This document shows positions 40,248 to 56,224 of a stretch of 64,000 nt of DNA, in pieces. Each line of letters begins with the position of its first letter. Position 1 is the stretch's first letter. The stretch spans positions 199,826,001 through 199,890,000 of the forward strand of contig OZ024743.1 in assembly GCA_964016885.1 (NCBI GenBank), written 5' to 3'. The stretch comes from Eledone cirrhosa. Its lineage: Eukaryota. Below the pieces are notes generated by a model. That model saw nothing but the letters and a program-made list of their open reading frames with translations. It was not told the origin of the DNA and made no database searches. The translations under genes were made by a program, and so were the position numbers.

Positions 40248-40271
40248 ATGTGTGTGTATGTGCGTGTGTGA

Positions 40272-40303
<32 letters not shown>

Positions 40304-40519
40304 TAATTATGACAAGGAGACAGAGAGGACTAAGTATGAAAATAAAATAATCTAAACACAGTAAAGTTAACCAAGAATCTTGTTTGATTCCATTATTCGA
40401 GACATTCGGTAGTGGAAAATATTCCAAGATTTTGGTTGTTAAATCCGTCAGAACTAAAGTTATTTCTTTCAATTAGAGACGTTACAATTATGGAAAACGA
40501 GGAATTTGGGAATCTAAAA

Positions 40520-40571
<52 letters not shown>

Positions 40572-40666
40572 ATGTGTGTGCGTTGTCTTAATGTGTATTC
40601 GGAAATGCATATGGATATCAATACACATACACATACGCACACACACACACATATATATGTTGCTAC

Positions 40667-40697
<31 letters not shown>

Positions 40698-40768
40698 CAT
40701 ATACATACATAGATGCAAGCATATATACTTACTCACAGACAAAAACACGCGTGCCCACACACACACAA

Positions 40769-40993
<225 letters not shown>

Positions 40994-41360
40994 CATGCAT
41001 ATATATATATATATATAATTTATGTGCGTTTGTGTGTGCGTGCGTGAAGGGTGAGTGTGTATGGGTGTGTAATAAAAACAGTGTGGAACTTGTGTGCGTG
41101 ATTTGCATATCATTATATCAAATGATTCTTGATTTTGAATGGTATTCATACTCGAATGAAGGTTTCCGTTTGAAATGGTTATCAGTGTTGGAATATCTCA
41201 TGTATAAATCTACTCTTGTCCCTGGGTGACGAATGGTAAGACCCTACAAATACACATGACACACAGGCAGACATATTAACATAAACATAGACATAATTAT
41301 ACATGCTTCCATATAGCTATGTATGTATTTTTCTGCACACACATACTCACACAAAAGCAA

Positions 41361-41391
<31 letters not shown>

Positions 41392-41722
41392 TGTATGTAT
41401 GTGTATATGTGTGGATGTTTTTTATGCATGTATGTATGTTTGTATGTATGATTGTATGTATGAAAGTTTGTATGTATGTATGTATATATATGTGTGTGTG
41501 TGTATTTGTATGTATGTATGTATGTATGTATGTATGTATGTATATATGTATGTATGTATATATGTATGTGTGTATATATATATATATATATATTTATATA
41601 AATATATATATATATATATATTTATATAAATATATATATATATGTATATAAATATATATATATATTTATGTATATATATGCATGTATATATATATAAATA
41701 TATATATATGTATGAATGTATG

Positions 41723-41818
<96 letters not shown>

Positions 41819-41834
41819 AATGTATGTATGTATG

Positions 41835-41886
<52 letters not shown>

Positions 41887-42157
41887 AATGTATGTATGTA
41901 TATATTTATATATGTATGTATATATTTTTATATATACATATTTATATATATATGTATATATGTATGTATATATGTATGTATCTATGTATGTATATACAAG
42001 AGTTAATTATATAATTAAATAAATATAAGTAAACTTTCTCAAAACAATTCCTCCACTTTTTGCACCCCCCCACACACACACACACTACACACGCGGGCAT
42101 GTATATATATATATATATATATATCTACATATATATATATATAAGAAATTATTGTGA

Positions 42158-42232
<75 letters not shown>

Positions 42233-42341
42233 CTGAGTTTGATAGGTAGTGAGTGAGTGAGAGGAAGATATATATATATAAATATATTCTAATGAAACAA
42301 AAATGCATGTGAATATATATATATACACACACACACATATA

Positions 42342-42384
<43 letters not shown>

Positions 42385-42394
42385 GTAATAATAA

Positions 42395-42462
<68 letters not shown>

Positions 42463-42465
<3 letters not shown>

Positions 42466-44202
42466 CGAAGGAAATGTGGTAAGGAACCAGGTGGACCATA
42501 ACGCACCAAAGTACTCAATACTTGAGGTAGTAGAGTGGGTAATAGGAACCAGTAAGACCCCGACAGCTGAGCTCAAGCCGTTTCGACGGCCAATTCTGGA
42601 CTAAATGAACATTTATCCTGGTATTTAAATAGCCGATCTTCTCAAGGGGTAATTCCATATATGGTCAAAGTGATTGTCAAAAATCAGTAGTAATTCTGTG
42701 GTTGCAAATTAGTAGGGGAGATGGTGGCTAAACCTGCCAGTAGGAGAAAGAGGGGAGGGGGTGGAGTAGACCCAATCAAGCGTTGGTAGTGCCAGCTACA
42801 GCTGGGCATGAGGTCAAAGAAGATACAGGGGAGGGGGAGGGGGAGGAAGTCGGAACGGTAGGTAGAACAATGGGGGGTAGAAATAGGAAAGAAAAAATAC
42901 TGAGAGTGAAGAAAAGCAAATAAGTGTAAAGAAAAAATTAAATTCTACGACCTAGGTGTCAGGCTATTGTTAGGCGAGAATAAAATAAAGAAAGAAAGAA
43001 AGAAGTAAATAAATAAATAAATAAATAAATAAGGAAATAAGTAAAAGAACTAGGTGGGACGAATTAGGCAAGGACCCTTTTAAGAGGTATAAGTACGTAA
43101 ATGATACGGTGACTGGTCAACAAAAGGGGCCAAAATACTAAAGAGACTACCACGAAATAAACAATAAAGGTTTCCATCCCGGGCCAGCAACGACCCAGTG
43201 CAGCAAAGTGAACTTGTACGACATAATAATTCTGAGTCCCGAGAAAAATATATACTAATGCTAACTCTAAAAGATCTAAAACAAGCTACATGAAAGTTCG
43301 TACGAAATAAAGGTAGAATACGGAGAAATAAGTTCAGAATCCACCCCGCCCAGAAGAAAAGCGAAGCAAGAAATACTGAAACGAAAAAATAAGGCATAAG
43401 TGCCACTAAGAAATATAGAGGGCACAGAGAATAGTGGGAGCGGTCGGAAAAGGGGGGCAAGTATCCGGGGTCTAAGCCAACTGCTATAAAGGGCGGAGTC
43501 CGCCAAATCTATCAAAGACTAGGGGAGGGGGGAGTGGGGGTACTAAGGCTACATGGGGCCAAAGGGCAGCCTCGGGTGGGCGAGAAAAGACGCCGACAAA
43601 GGAGAAGAGCTGGGGTAGAAGGACAAAGGAGAGAGGGGGAAGGAAATAAAGGATGCGATAAAAGAATACAAAGAAGATCTTACGTCTTCCTTGGCAAGCA
43701 GGGGTTACCCATTGCAAAATCGGCAACTGGGGTATTTTATTTACTTCTTTCTTTCTTTCTTTATTTTATTCTCGCCTAACAATAGCCTGACACCTAGGTC
43801 GTAGAATTTAATTTTTTCTTTACACTTATTTGCTTTTCTTCACTCTCAGTATTTTTTCTTTCCTATTTCTACCCCCCATTGTTCTACCTACCGTTCCGAC
43901 TTCCTCCCCCTCCCCCTCCCCTGTATCTTCTTTGACCTCATGCCCAGCTGTAGCTGGCACTACCAACGCTTGATTGGGTCTACTCCACCCCCTCCCCTCT
44001 TTCTCCTACTGGCAGGTTTAGCCACCATCTCCCCTACTAATTTGCAACCACAGAATTACTACTGATTTTTGACAATCACTTTGACCATATATGGAATTAC
44101 CCCTTGAGAAGATCGGCTATTTAAATACCAGGATAAATGTTCATTTAGTCCAGAATTGGCCGTCGAAACGGCTTGAGCTCAGCTGTCGGGGTCTTACTGG
44201 TT

Positions 44203-44207
<5 letters not shown>
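42463..44207. mobile_element. PLE family C insertion with about 470-bp near-perfect inverted arms
   Basis: 42542-43012 is the reverse complement of 43736-44207. Tail at 42463-42541. (TA)n flanks. No recognisable ORF. Confidence 0.8.
44099..44192 (+). ncRNA. Hammerhead ribozyme with U3:A8 variant core; inverted copy at 42557-42650
   Basis: ACCCC-TTGAGAA-GATCGGC...GCCGTC-GAAAC-GGCT(TGAGCTC)AGCT-GTC^GGGGT. Confidence 0.75.
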
Positions 44208-44262
<55 letters not shown>

Positions 44263-45270
44263 ATAATAATATATATATATCATTTGTTTTCAACATTCAG
44301 AACGACATATATGTTTATGTATGCATATCTGGATTTATCTATATTTAATAGGCAGAGTGCCCAATGCTTTGAGCAGTGCTAAAATATTGTACTATACATG
44401 CAAATGTTTAAGTACACAATGCCCTAAGAAGTACGATTATTATAACTATTCTTGCCACAGTTGGTAGATTGGCAGAATTGTTAGAGCATAGGATAAATAG
44501 CCTTGCGACATTACCTTTTACGTCCTGAGTTCAAATCTCCCTGAGATCTACTTGGCCTTTCATCGTTGACCGGTATCAATAGAATTAAGTACTAGTCTAA
44601 TATTGTTGTTGATTTAATCAACTTTTCACTTGCGCCAAAGTAGTACTAAATGCTACATTTCGTAATTCATTACGTTTTTTCCAGAGCTAATAACACTTCC
44701 ATGTTGCTAATATTATACCGACTGCAAACAACCTGAAAATGAAATGAAATTCACACCTCTGGCCTCTTTTAAGATTATGTCTCATAGGAGATTTTTCCTG
44801 TGTTTTAAACATTGGTGACAATGGTGACCCATTTCTATTATCAATATGAATACCAACAGGAAATGTAGCATCTTGCCCAGAAACACAATGCGATGTCTGG
44901 TCCAGGAATCAAACCCACAGACTAATGATTGTGAATTCAGCATCCTAAGTACTAAACCACGCATATTTACCATTCAACCTGGATTTCCATACGCCGAAAG
45001 ATTTACTAATACTCCCCTGCTACCTATTATCCGTTCCCTGGGCTTCTACTCACCTCCCTAGGTGTACTGGTCTGTTAATGACACGCTGCAGTCTGTTGGT
45101 AAAAAAAGGCCTTATGACATATCTTTGTGACCCTTGATACCATGTCAACCTGATTGCTATAGTGTCAAAACATGTCACCAAGCTCTCAGTGGGTCGCAAC
45201 ACTACACATGTATTTTTACTCCTCCTCTCTGTATATCACATTGTCTTTTTCTATGTTATGTAACTTACAG

Positions 45271-45470
45271 CAGGCAGGTCAAACTGAGGGTCCCTCGAGG
45301 GTCACATGGGTCACATATGTGTTGTTTGAGGGCCACACACGACAACTAATTGTGCACAACTAATTTTACGAAGATAAAACATGCTCGCGCTGTAAAAACC
45401 TCTGTGCGGGTCTCAGGTGTGCTTGTAAAATGCCGCACGTGTCCCGCGGGCCGCATGTTTGACATGCCTG
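45271..45470. mobile_element. hAT (Charlie-like) MITE
   Basis: TIR CAGGCAGGTCAAAC / GTTTGACATGCCTG. 8-bp TSD ACTTACAG/ACTTACAA. Confidence 0.8.
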
Positions 45471-45854
45471 ACTTACAAAATGTTCGAACTGATACTCAGA
45501 GTACCAGATAAATATCAAGTCTATCAACACAGTTATTGATATTAGAATCATTATTATATTTACCTTTCATCCTTACGGGATTGATAAAATAAAGTACCAG
45601 TAATGTACTGGGTAATTGCTGGCCTTGTGCCAAAAGTAGAAACTATTTATCACTACTTTTTTTCAGGTTGGTTCGCACGAATTATTGCCATCATTACATA
45701 AATAGTGCCGGATTTACAACAAATGAGGCCCTCTACTAGTTAAGTTATGAGGACCCTTACTCGTAAAAAAATGTGCGTGTATTTATATGCATAGATACGC
45801 ATACACACACTCACACACACACACATGCACGCACACACGCGTATATATATATAA

Positions 45855-46208
45855 GCAAAGAGATATTTAATTTGTTGGTTATTCAACAGATTCGAAGCAC
45901 ACTAGAGGTTTCTTCTGGAGTATAATATCAATGATATTAATAAATGGAAACTATCTTTATAAAACCATATTTATTTCATTATATATATTTCAAGGGTACC
46001 AACATTTTGGTACGCTCTCATCAGATAAAATACAAAACTGAACTTAAAACGATGTTCTTGATTTTTTTGGGATATGTCAATATTTATAAAACAACTTTTG
46101 TATTTTATCTGATGAGAGCCTACCAAAATTTTGGTACCCTTGAAATATATATAATAAAATAAATATGGTTTTATAAAGATAGTTTCCATTTATTAATATC
46201 ATTGATAT
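45855..46208. mobile_element. PLE family D inverted termini with tail (degenerate relative at about 31040-31200)
   Basis: 45925-46038 is the reverse complement of 46095-46208. Each arm has a hammerhead. Confidence 0.8.
46101..46161 (+). ncRNA. Type I hammerhead ribozyme (family D); inverted copy at 45972-46032
   Basis: TATTTTAT-CTGATGA-GAG..TACCAA/TTGGTA..CTT-GAAA-TATATA-TA^ATAAAATA. Confidence 0.8.
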
Positions 46209-46232
46209 ATATATATACATATATATAGATAA

Positions 46233-46289
<57 letters not shown>

Positions 46290-46670
46290 CACAAATTTCT
46301 GTTGTGTATGTTTGTGTCTGTGTGAAAAAGAGAATAAGAGAGATTGAGATAGAGAGACAGAGACGGGAGAGAGGGGGGGGGGTAGTTGAAGAACTCACTT
46401 ATTTTGATTTATTTATTGTGTTATCCGACGAGTATCTTTTTATGTTATTAATTTGTCTCCAGAGAAATATAAATTTATTGTTAAGAAATAGACGTCGAAG
46501 TCAGCAGAATATTGGATTCCGATCGAATTTAATTATATAACCAACTAATTCTCCACTAATTCTTCAGTTCACGACCCTTGTAAAATTATAAGAAAATGAA
46601 TGATCGAACAAAGTGTGTGCACAATAGCAAGGCGGGGCGATATATATATAGTGTGTGTGTGAGTGTGTGC

Positions 46671-46703
<33 letters not shown>

Positions 46704-46738
46704 TATGCACACAAACAAACACACACACACACATATAC

Positions 46739-46790
<52 letters not shown>

Positions 46791-47138
46791 GTCTATATAT
46801 CTGTATACATGCATAGAGACAAACACACAGACATACATATATACATACATACATACGTTCATATATACATACATGCGTACATACATATATGCATACATAC
46901 ATGCATATATAAATACATATGTGCACGTATTTATATACACATGCATTTATGATTATAATATATAATAATGATTATAATGCATATAAACTTGTAATTACAA
47001 AAGCTATAAAAATATTCCTATAACACACAATTAATCAAATGCTTTCATTTTTGTATTTTTATTATAAACTGTCTTTTATGGACGTATATATGCAAATACA
47101 CATATACATGCAGAAATACAGACATACACTCATATATA

Positions 47139-47249
<111 letters not shown>

Positions 47250-47310
47250 GTGTGTAGGTGTGTGTGTGTGTATATACACCTACGTACATACATGTACAAA
47301 TACACGTATA

Positions 47311-47356
<46 letters not shown>

Positions 47357-47357
47357 T

Positions 47358-47388
<31 letters not shown>

Positions 47389-47471
47389 CATACATATGTA
47401 TGTATATACATACACATACGTAGATACATACATAAACACACGACGTATATATATATATATATATACGTGTG

Positions 47472-47697
<226 letters not shown>

Positions 47698-48690
47698 TAA
47701 ATATATATATGTATGTATATGTATGTATATATATATACCTACTTACATACATAGATAAGCACACGTATACATTGTATTTATACATATATGTATTATTTTA
47801 TTTTGTTATATATCACAAACAACTCCAACTTTCATTTTAAATTAATATCTTCCAGTTGATATTTTCTGCTTAAAAGCCAACTTTCTTCTATTGTATTATA
47901 CGCCATAAATCATTCGTCAGCGGAAGTCGTCTGCTCCGACCGGAAAGGTCGTCTGTTACCACAAATGGTAGGGCGTGTTGTATATATTTCTTTTTTTTTT
48001 GCTTTTGCTTTGTTATTTATATTTTCTTCATTATTATCATTTCATTTATTTATTTTTGTTACCATTTCTACATTTTTCAAGAAGTTTATATTTTAGTTAC
48101 TGAATCTATATTTTGATCTATAAATTATTTGATTAAACTAAGCTGATCAATTTCTTTCAGCTTTCTAGTTAATTTTCTTCTTTTCCTCTACACTGCACAT
48201 GGTTCCGTTTTCGTTTATATATTATATTATATATTTTATTATATATTTTTATCTATTTATTCCTTGGTTTTGATGGAGATGGCGTTGTAGGAGTCATTTT
48301 TCTTGTTCTTGGAATGATCCGTGTGTAATTTTTAACTTAACTTATATTTTTTTCTTTACCATTATGTTTCTAACGTTTCGTTCTTCATCTTTTCCTCCCC
48401 CTCCTCCTACTCATTTTGCTCCCCCATTCACACCCCCATGCACATTCTTCTTCTTCTTCTTCTTCTTCTTCTTCTTCTTCTTCTTCTTCTTCTTCTTCTT
48501 CTTCTTCTTCTTCTTCTTCACCTTGGCCTTCAAATACTCTGCTGCGGCCATCTTGTTTTTCTTTCTTTCAATCAATCACTTAATACGTGCATTTTATTAC
48601 AACATAAATCATTATCATCATCATCATAAATCCCACCACCATCAACAACACCAACACCACCATCATCATCATCATCATCTTCATCACCAC

Positions 48691-48752
<62 letters not shown>

Positions 48753-48768
48753 CCACCTTCCTCCTTCC

Positions 48769-48818
<50 letters not shown>

Positions 48819-49039
48819 ACATTACCGTCGTGTCCAGTGCCGTTTTCATTTATCTATTTCTTAATTTGTTTCCTAATAAAACAAACTAATTTCTGTGTGT
48901 TCAATATTCGAAGAACATTGCTTAAATCAATAGATTCTTTGAAAAATGATATTTAGAAGAACAACTGCAACAACATTCTACAACACAAAGGCCAGCTTAT
49001 TCCAACACGCAAACACACAGACACATGCATGCTTATATA

Positions 49040-50455
<1,416 letters not shown>

Positions 50456-50781
50456 TCGAAACTGTAGGTTTTCGCAGCAATGATTGAATTGTTCTCAGTC
50501 CACGAATATCAACATAAATTGAAAATAACAACTACTGAATATAATACAAAATACCCCCAAAAAACATAAAAAATTAAAAAAAATCACATCTGAAACAACA
50601 ACAACAACACTATCAACAACAATATAGACACTTATATCAACAACAGTAACTACAACAACAACAATTCCACAATAATGAATTGGTGAAATATATGAAGAAA
50701 ATGAAGGGAATATAGGATTGCAGTAATACCAAGATAACAACAACAAAATAAAACGATAATTACGATTACAATAACAGCAAC

Positions 50782-50844
<63 letters not shown>

Positions 50845-51510
50845 TATAATAATAATGATAATATACAATGCACAAGTTATTATGTCATCTGCTTGTTCAA
50901 AATTCTCAGATAAACATGAGAACAATACTCTTCAAAAAACTAATTAAGGCTAACAACTGATTAATATAGGGAAAGAAGACAAAATGAATAAATATATAAA
51001 TAATAATAATAAGAAGAAGATTTTGATTGAATCTGTTTAGTATTGGAACATTGGTTATTGAGATAACTTTGGTCATAGCACGTGGCATTCAAAATTGTTT
51101 CTAAATTAGGTATAAGGTCTTGTCAGTCTTGAATAAACAGGTTTATTATTTCAAACATTCCAGCCGTGACTATCCTGTCTTTTTGAAGATATAAATGTCT
51201 CCATCATTATCAAATATTTCCTTCTTTTTAATTAAGATGCTAACGTTTTGACTGTTATTTCCAGTAGTTCAAGCGAATATGTATTGACTCCCGGTTCTAT
51301 TTCATAGAGCAAAAATTCTACTGTATTTAGTTCTATACAGACCTTTTGTAGTGAAACGCCATTATTGAAGATTCTTAATCAATTATCGAGAACTCTTAAT
51401 CATACTTCAATGAGTCAATTAAACACTTAATGAAGCAATGAATTTATCTAACAGCTCTTAGATCTGTACAACCATCACCATCTCCACAAAATCAAAGCCT
51501 TGCCACTCTC

Positions 51511-51598
<88 letters not shown>

Positions 51599-53001
51599 CA
51601 TGTTCTTTTTCTTTCCATCTCTTAATTCTCTCTCTCTCATTCACTCTACTTTATTTCTCTCGACCACTTGCCAAATCGTTTATTAACTTCTTCAATTTAT
51701 CCAATGCCTCACTGCATTCTTCTCTCTTTTATGCATACATTCTATCTATGACTCTCTCTTTCTTTTCTCCCAAACACACACATATATATGCACATACATA
51801 TACACACACTCATACACATAATTAGATTTACATAATTACAAACACATACACATACCAATCCACATATACGCATACATACACACACCTACACATGCCGATA
51901 CATATATATATAATTCCATTTATCCCGAGAAAGTATATATATATTGAATTCTCATTCTGTGGGTAGCTATACCGAGTATCATATATTTTCTTTAAAAATT
52001 ATCATCCAATGCATATTTGTATATATTTTAATCTTACTTTTATCTATAAATTTGCGATATCCTTGTATATATAAATCTAAGATGGATTCAATGTTCTATG
52101 TAAAAATAACTACTTTTTATAAACCTCGTTGTGAAAATTAAACAAATGTCAAAAACAATCTGTTTTTATCTGTGTTCATAGGAAAACATGAGAGAATGCT
52201 TATATATGTTCCACAGTTAATTAACAATTCATCTGTAGGCGAGAACACTTACCCTTCTTTCCACAAAGACCATTATAGTCAAACAGTGCTTGTCTACTGA
52301 CAAACGTGCAATTTATTTCTAAGAATCAACATAATCAACTATTCTTTCTCCTAGAAATTTAAGATCTTGTGCCATTGCTAAAAATTACTAGCATAGATAA
52401 AAATATAACCCAGCTTCGGCCATGGCTGACCAAGGCTTTCTATCTGGATGACTCCTCTCTAAGTCGCAAGCCTGAGCAAGGTGGTTTTGTGGAAGACAAG
52501 CACTCAATTATGCATACAAGTCTTTCCTCTCCTCAATATTGATGTTATGAAAAGGAAATACGAAGGCTGATACAGCTTAGCACCTGTCGTGGCTGCCAAT
52601 CATTTTTTCAACTGTGTAGACTAAATCAACTTCAAATAAAGTGTCTTGCTCAAGGATACAAAGCAACGTTCGCCCCTGGAATCAAACTTATATCAAAACA
52701 ATTATAAGGCCAACAGCCTATTTACTAAGCCACGTACCTTTGCAAAAGTCATTAGTAAGCATTGTTATTATTCAATATTTAATGTTAATAAAGTGTCTTG
52801 CTGAAGAACACAATTATCGTCCGCTCCGGGAATCGAACTCATAACATTAAAATCACAAGAACAACAACCTAACTACTAAGCCACCCACTTTCAGAAAAAT
52901 CATTAGTGGCATTGTTATTATTCAATATTTAATGGTAATAATTTTTTATGTTTCCTTTGAGTTTGGTTTCTTCCATGTAATAATATTCCAACGTAGAAAA
53001 A

Positions 53002-53036
<35 letters not shown>

Positions 53037-53714
53037 GATGGCCGTTGTGTTCGATTATAAGACAAGTATTTTGTCAAGAACATGATAAATCAATAAGAAT
53101 CGAAGTCTGATTATTATAGCAATTGTAAGAACTGATAGATTGCAATTTTTTTTTTTTACCATTGAAATGGTGACATCATTGTTTACATTGGTATTCTGTC
53201 GTCAACTATTATCATTGTTGTCATCATCACCATCATCATCATCAATATAATCCCCATCGTCTTCATCATCGTCATGGTCGTCTTTGTCTTTGTCGTCGTC
53301 ATCATCATCATCATCGTCGTCGTCGTCGTCGTCGTCGTCGTCCCCCCTCCCCCTCCTCATCTTCCTCCTCCTCCCCCTCCTCCTCCTTATCATCATCATC
53401 ATTATACTCATTCTTCTCTTAATCATAATCCCTACGAATACTGCTATTATCACCACTACCACTACCCTCTCCCATTATCATCGTCACCCACCATTCTCAT
53501 CATCAACCCTTCGCCACCAACCACAACACCACCAACACCACAATTGTCATCATTTTCGCCACCAGCATCACAACCGTCATCACAACCACAACCACCACCA
53601 CCACCATTTCCACTCCCTCATCATCATCATCATCCTCATCAACATTATTGTCATTTCAAGAATGAGGTTTGTGCAAAAGAAAGGCTGTTCTTATTCCCTT
53701 CTTATCTATAACAT

Positions 53715-54625
53715 TATGGATTTGTGCCCTAGCTAGGAATCAATCGCTTTATTATTGATTATTATAGAGTAATCGATAGGTAGTAATCTTAGAGCGTCCG
53801 ACAAATGTTTTCCTGCATATGTTGTCTCTTTACGTTCTGAGTTCAAATCCAGCCGAGGTCAACCCCCGTCTTTCATCCTTTCGAGGTCAGTATACTAAAT
53901 ACCATTGAAGTACTGGGTTTGATATAATCATCTTTCCCCTACCACCACCAAATTACAGTCCTTGAATCTATGTTAGAAACTATTGTTATTGAATAATCAA
54001 TTGAGAGTATCGTTAGAACATCGGACAAAATGTTTTATACATTGGTTCCATCTGTTGGTGCTCTGAATTTAAATCCCACAGGAGTTAGCTTTGCCTTTCA
54101 TCTTTCTGGTATCGATAAAATCAAATACCAAACAAATACTAGGGTCGATTTAATTGACTTTCCCCTTTACCGAAATTGATGGCGTTGTGCCTAAATTAAA
54201 AACTATTGTTATTGAAAAAGAAACAATTCTCTTCATTGATGGAAATGATAAATTACACGACTACAGATAGTATTTAGTTTGCTCTCTTTGGGTTCTGGTT
54301 TCAAATCCCGCATAAGTCAACTTTGTCTTTCATCTTCATCTGTTCGATTCCAGTCTAGTACTGGAGCCGATCTAGTAACCCCCACCACTGACAGTAAAAC
54401 TAATGCCTCCACACCAATCTTTCTATCTTATCTCATAAAATTCAGACCCTGAGTTATGTCATAAATCCTTATCTCCTAATGGAGTTGTAGGTGCTGTGAA
54501 TGACTGCACATCATGCATTGGGCATTTCTAACCCTCACAGAGACAATCATTGCCTAGTCTGGAAATAAGCGATTTCTTCCAGAGAAATTGAGAGATAGAT
54601 AGTGAGATAGAGAGAGAGAGAGAGG

Positions 54626-54695
<70 letters not shown>

Positions 54696-54696
54696 G

Positions 54697-54768
<72 letters not shown>

Positions 54769-55420
54769 TTACAGGTATTGAAAGTAGAAAACTTGCTCGA
54801 ATGCTTAGAATCACTTGGTTCCAAGTTCAAAATCACTCGAGATCATCTTAGTTTTTATTACGGTGCTCCAAGGGCGGTGGATTGGCATCATCGGTAGAGC
54901 ATCGGCCACCATGCTTTGCAGTATAGAATTACAGCCCTTTATGATCTGAGTTAAAATCCCGCCGAGGTTAACTTTGCCTTTCATCCTTACGGGGTCGATA
55001 AAATAAAGTACCAGTAATGCACCAGGTTCGATTTAATCGACTTGGCCTTGTGCCTAAATCAGACACCATTATTTAGGCACTTTACGTTCTGAGTTCAAAT
55101 CCCGCCGCGGTTATCTTTGCCTTTCATCCTCGCAGGGTCGATAAAATAAAGCATCAGTAACGCATTTCCCTTCAAATTTCTGGCATTGTGCCAAATATAG
55201 AAACAATTATTTAGGGTGTGAGTCGGCAAAGTCATTAGAGCTTTAAATTAAAAACTTCAGAGTTTGTTTCGACTCACGGTAATCTGAATTCAAATTTCTC
55301 CGAGGTCAACTTTCTTTTTCAAACTATCGGTGTCGATAAATACAAGTCTTTGGGCGATGGAATGGCGAAATTGCTAAAGACTCCAATCCGGCTTTGTTCA
55401 TTCTGTGTTCAAATTCCGCC
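53715..55420 (+). mobile_element. Cluster of mostly plus-strand SINEs (53780-54375 and 54872-55420)
   Basis: Repeated GAGTTCAAATCC..CTTTCATC..GTCGATAAA units. Confidence 0.75.
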
Positions 55421-56089
55421 TTCTATTGTCAGATGTCGTGACCGGTAGTTAGTATCAGCAATGGAACGACTATTATTGATTCCTTTATCTTCATTACTAG
55501 CCAACGATAAATTCCTGCTTCCTGCTTCCTGCTCAAGGGTTAGCCATGAATAAATTGTTGATGTTATATGTCCCAGAAACTTATACTGTAGCACTTAGAA
55601 CAACAAAATAATGACAACAACAACGATTACAACAACAATGAATACTGTAGCACGAAGTCTCCACCACCATCACTACTAGGACTACTACCACTGCTAACAC
55701 ACCTCCCCAATACCTATCACCACCACTACCTTTATAACCATCACAAGTACCACCACCACCAACAACTACAACAACAGCACCAATACTACTTCAATCGCCA
55801 ACACCACTACCATCACCACCATTACCAACACCACACCACCACCACCACCACCACCATCAACACCACCATCAGCAAGATTAATATCCACACTACCACTATC
55901 AGGATTCCCCCCCCCCACACACACACACACGCTCCACCAGTTTTTGGTTCTAATAAACAGTTACTATCACTGATCTCTTAACACCTAATTGGGTCCGAGA
56001 GGCGCCATCGTGACATACGGCGTGTGTCTTGACAATTTTAAAAGCTGACAATGCTCATCTTTCTCTAGACATGGCTACAGCCGATTTCT

Positions 56090-56126
<37 letters not shown>

Positions 56127-56137
56127 CGAAATAAAGT

Positions 56138-56177
<40 letters not shown>

Positions 56178-56224
56178 AGAAAGAAGAAGAAGAAGAAGAA
56201 GAAGAAGAAGAAGAAGAAGAAGAA

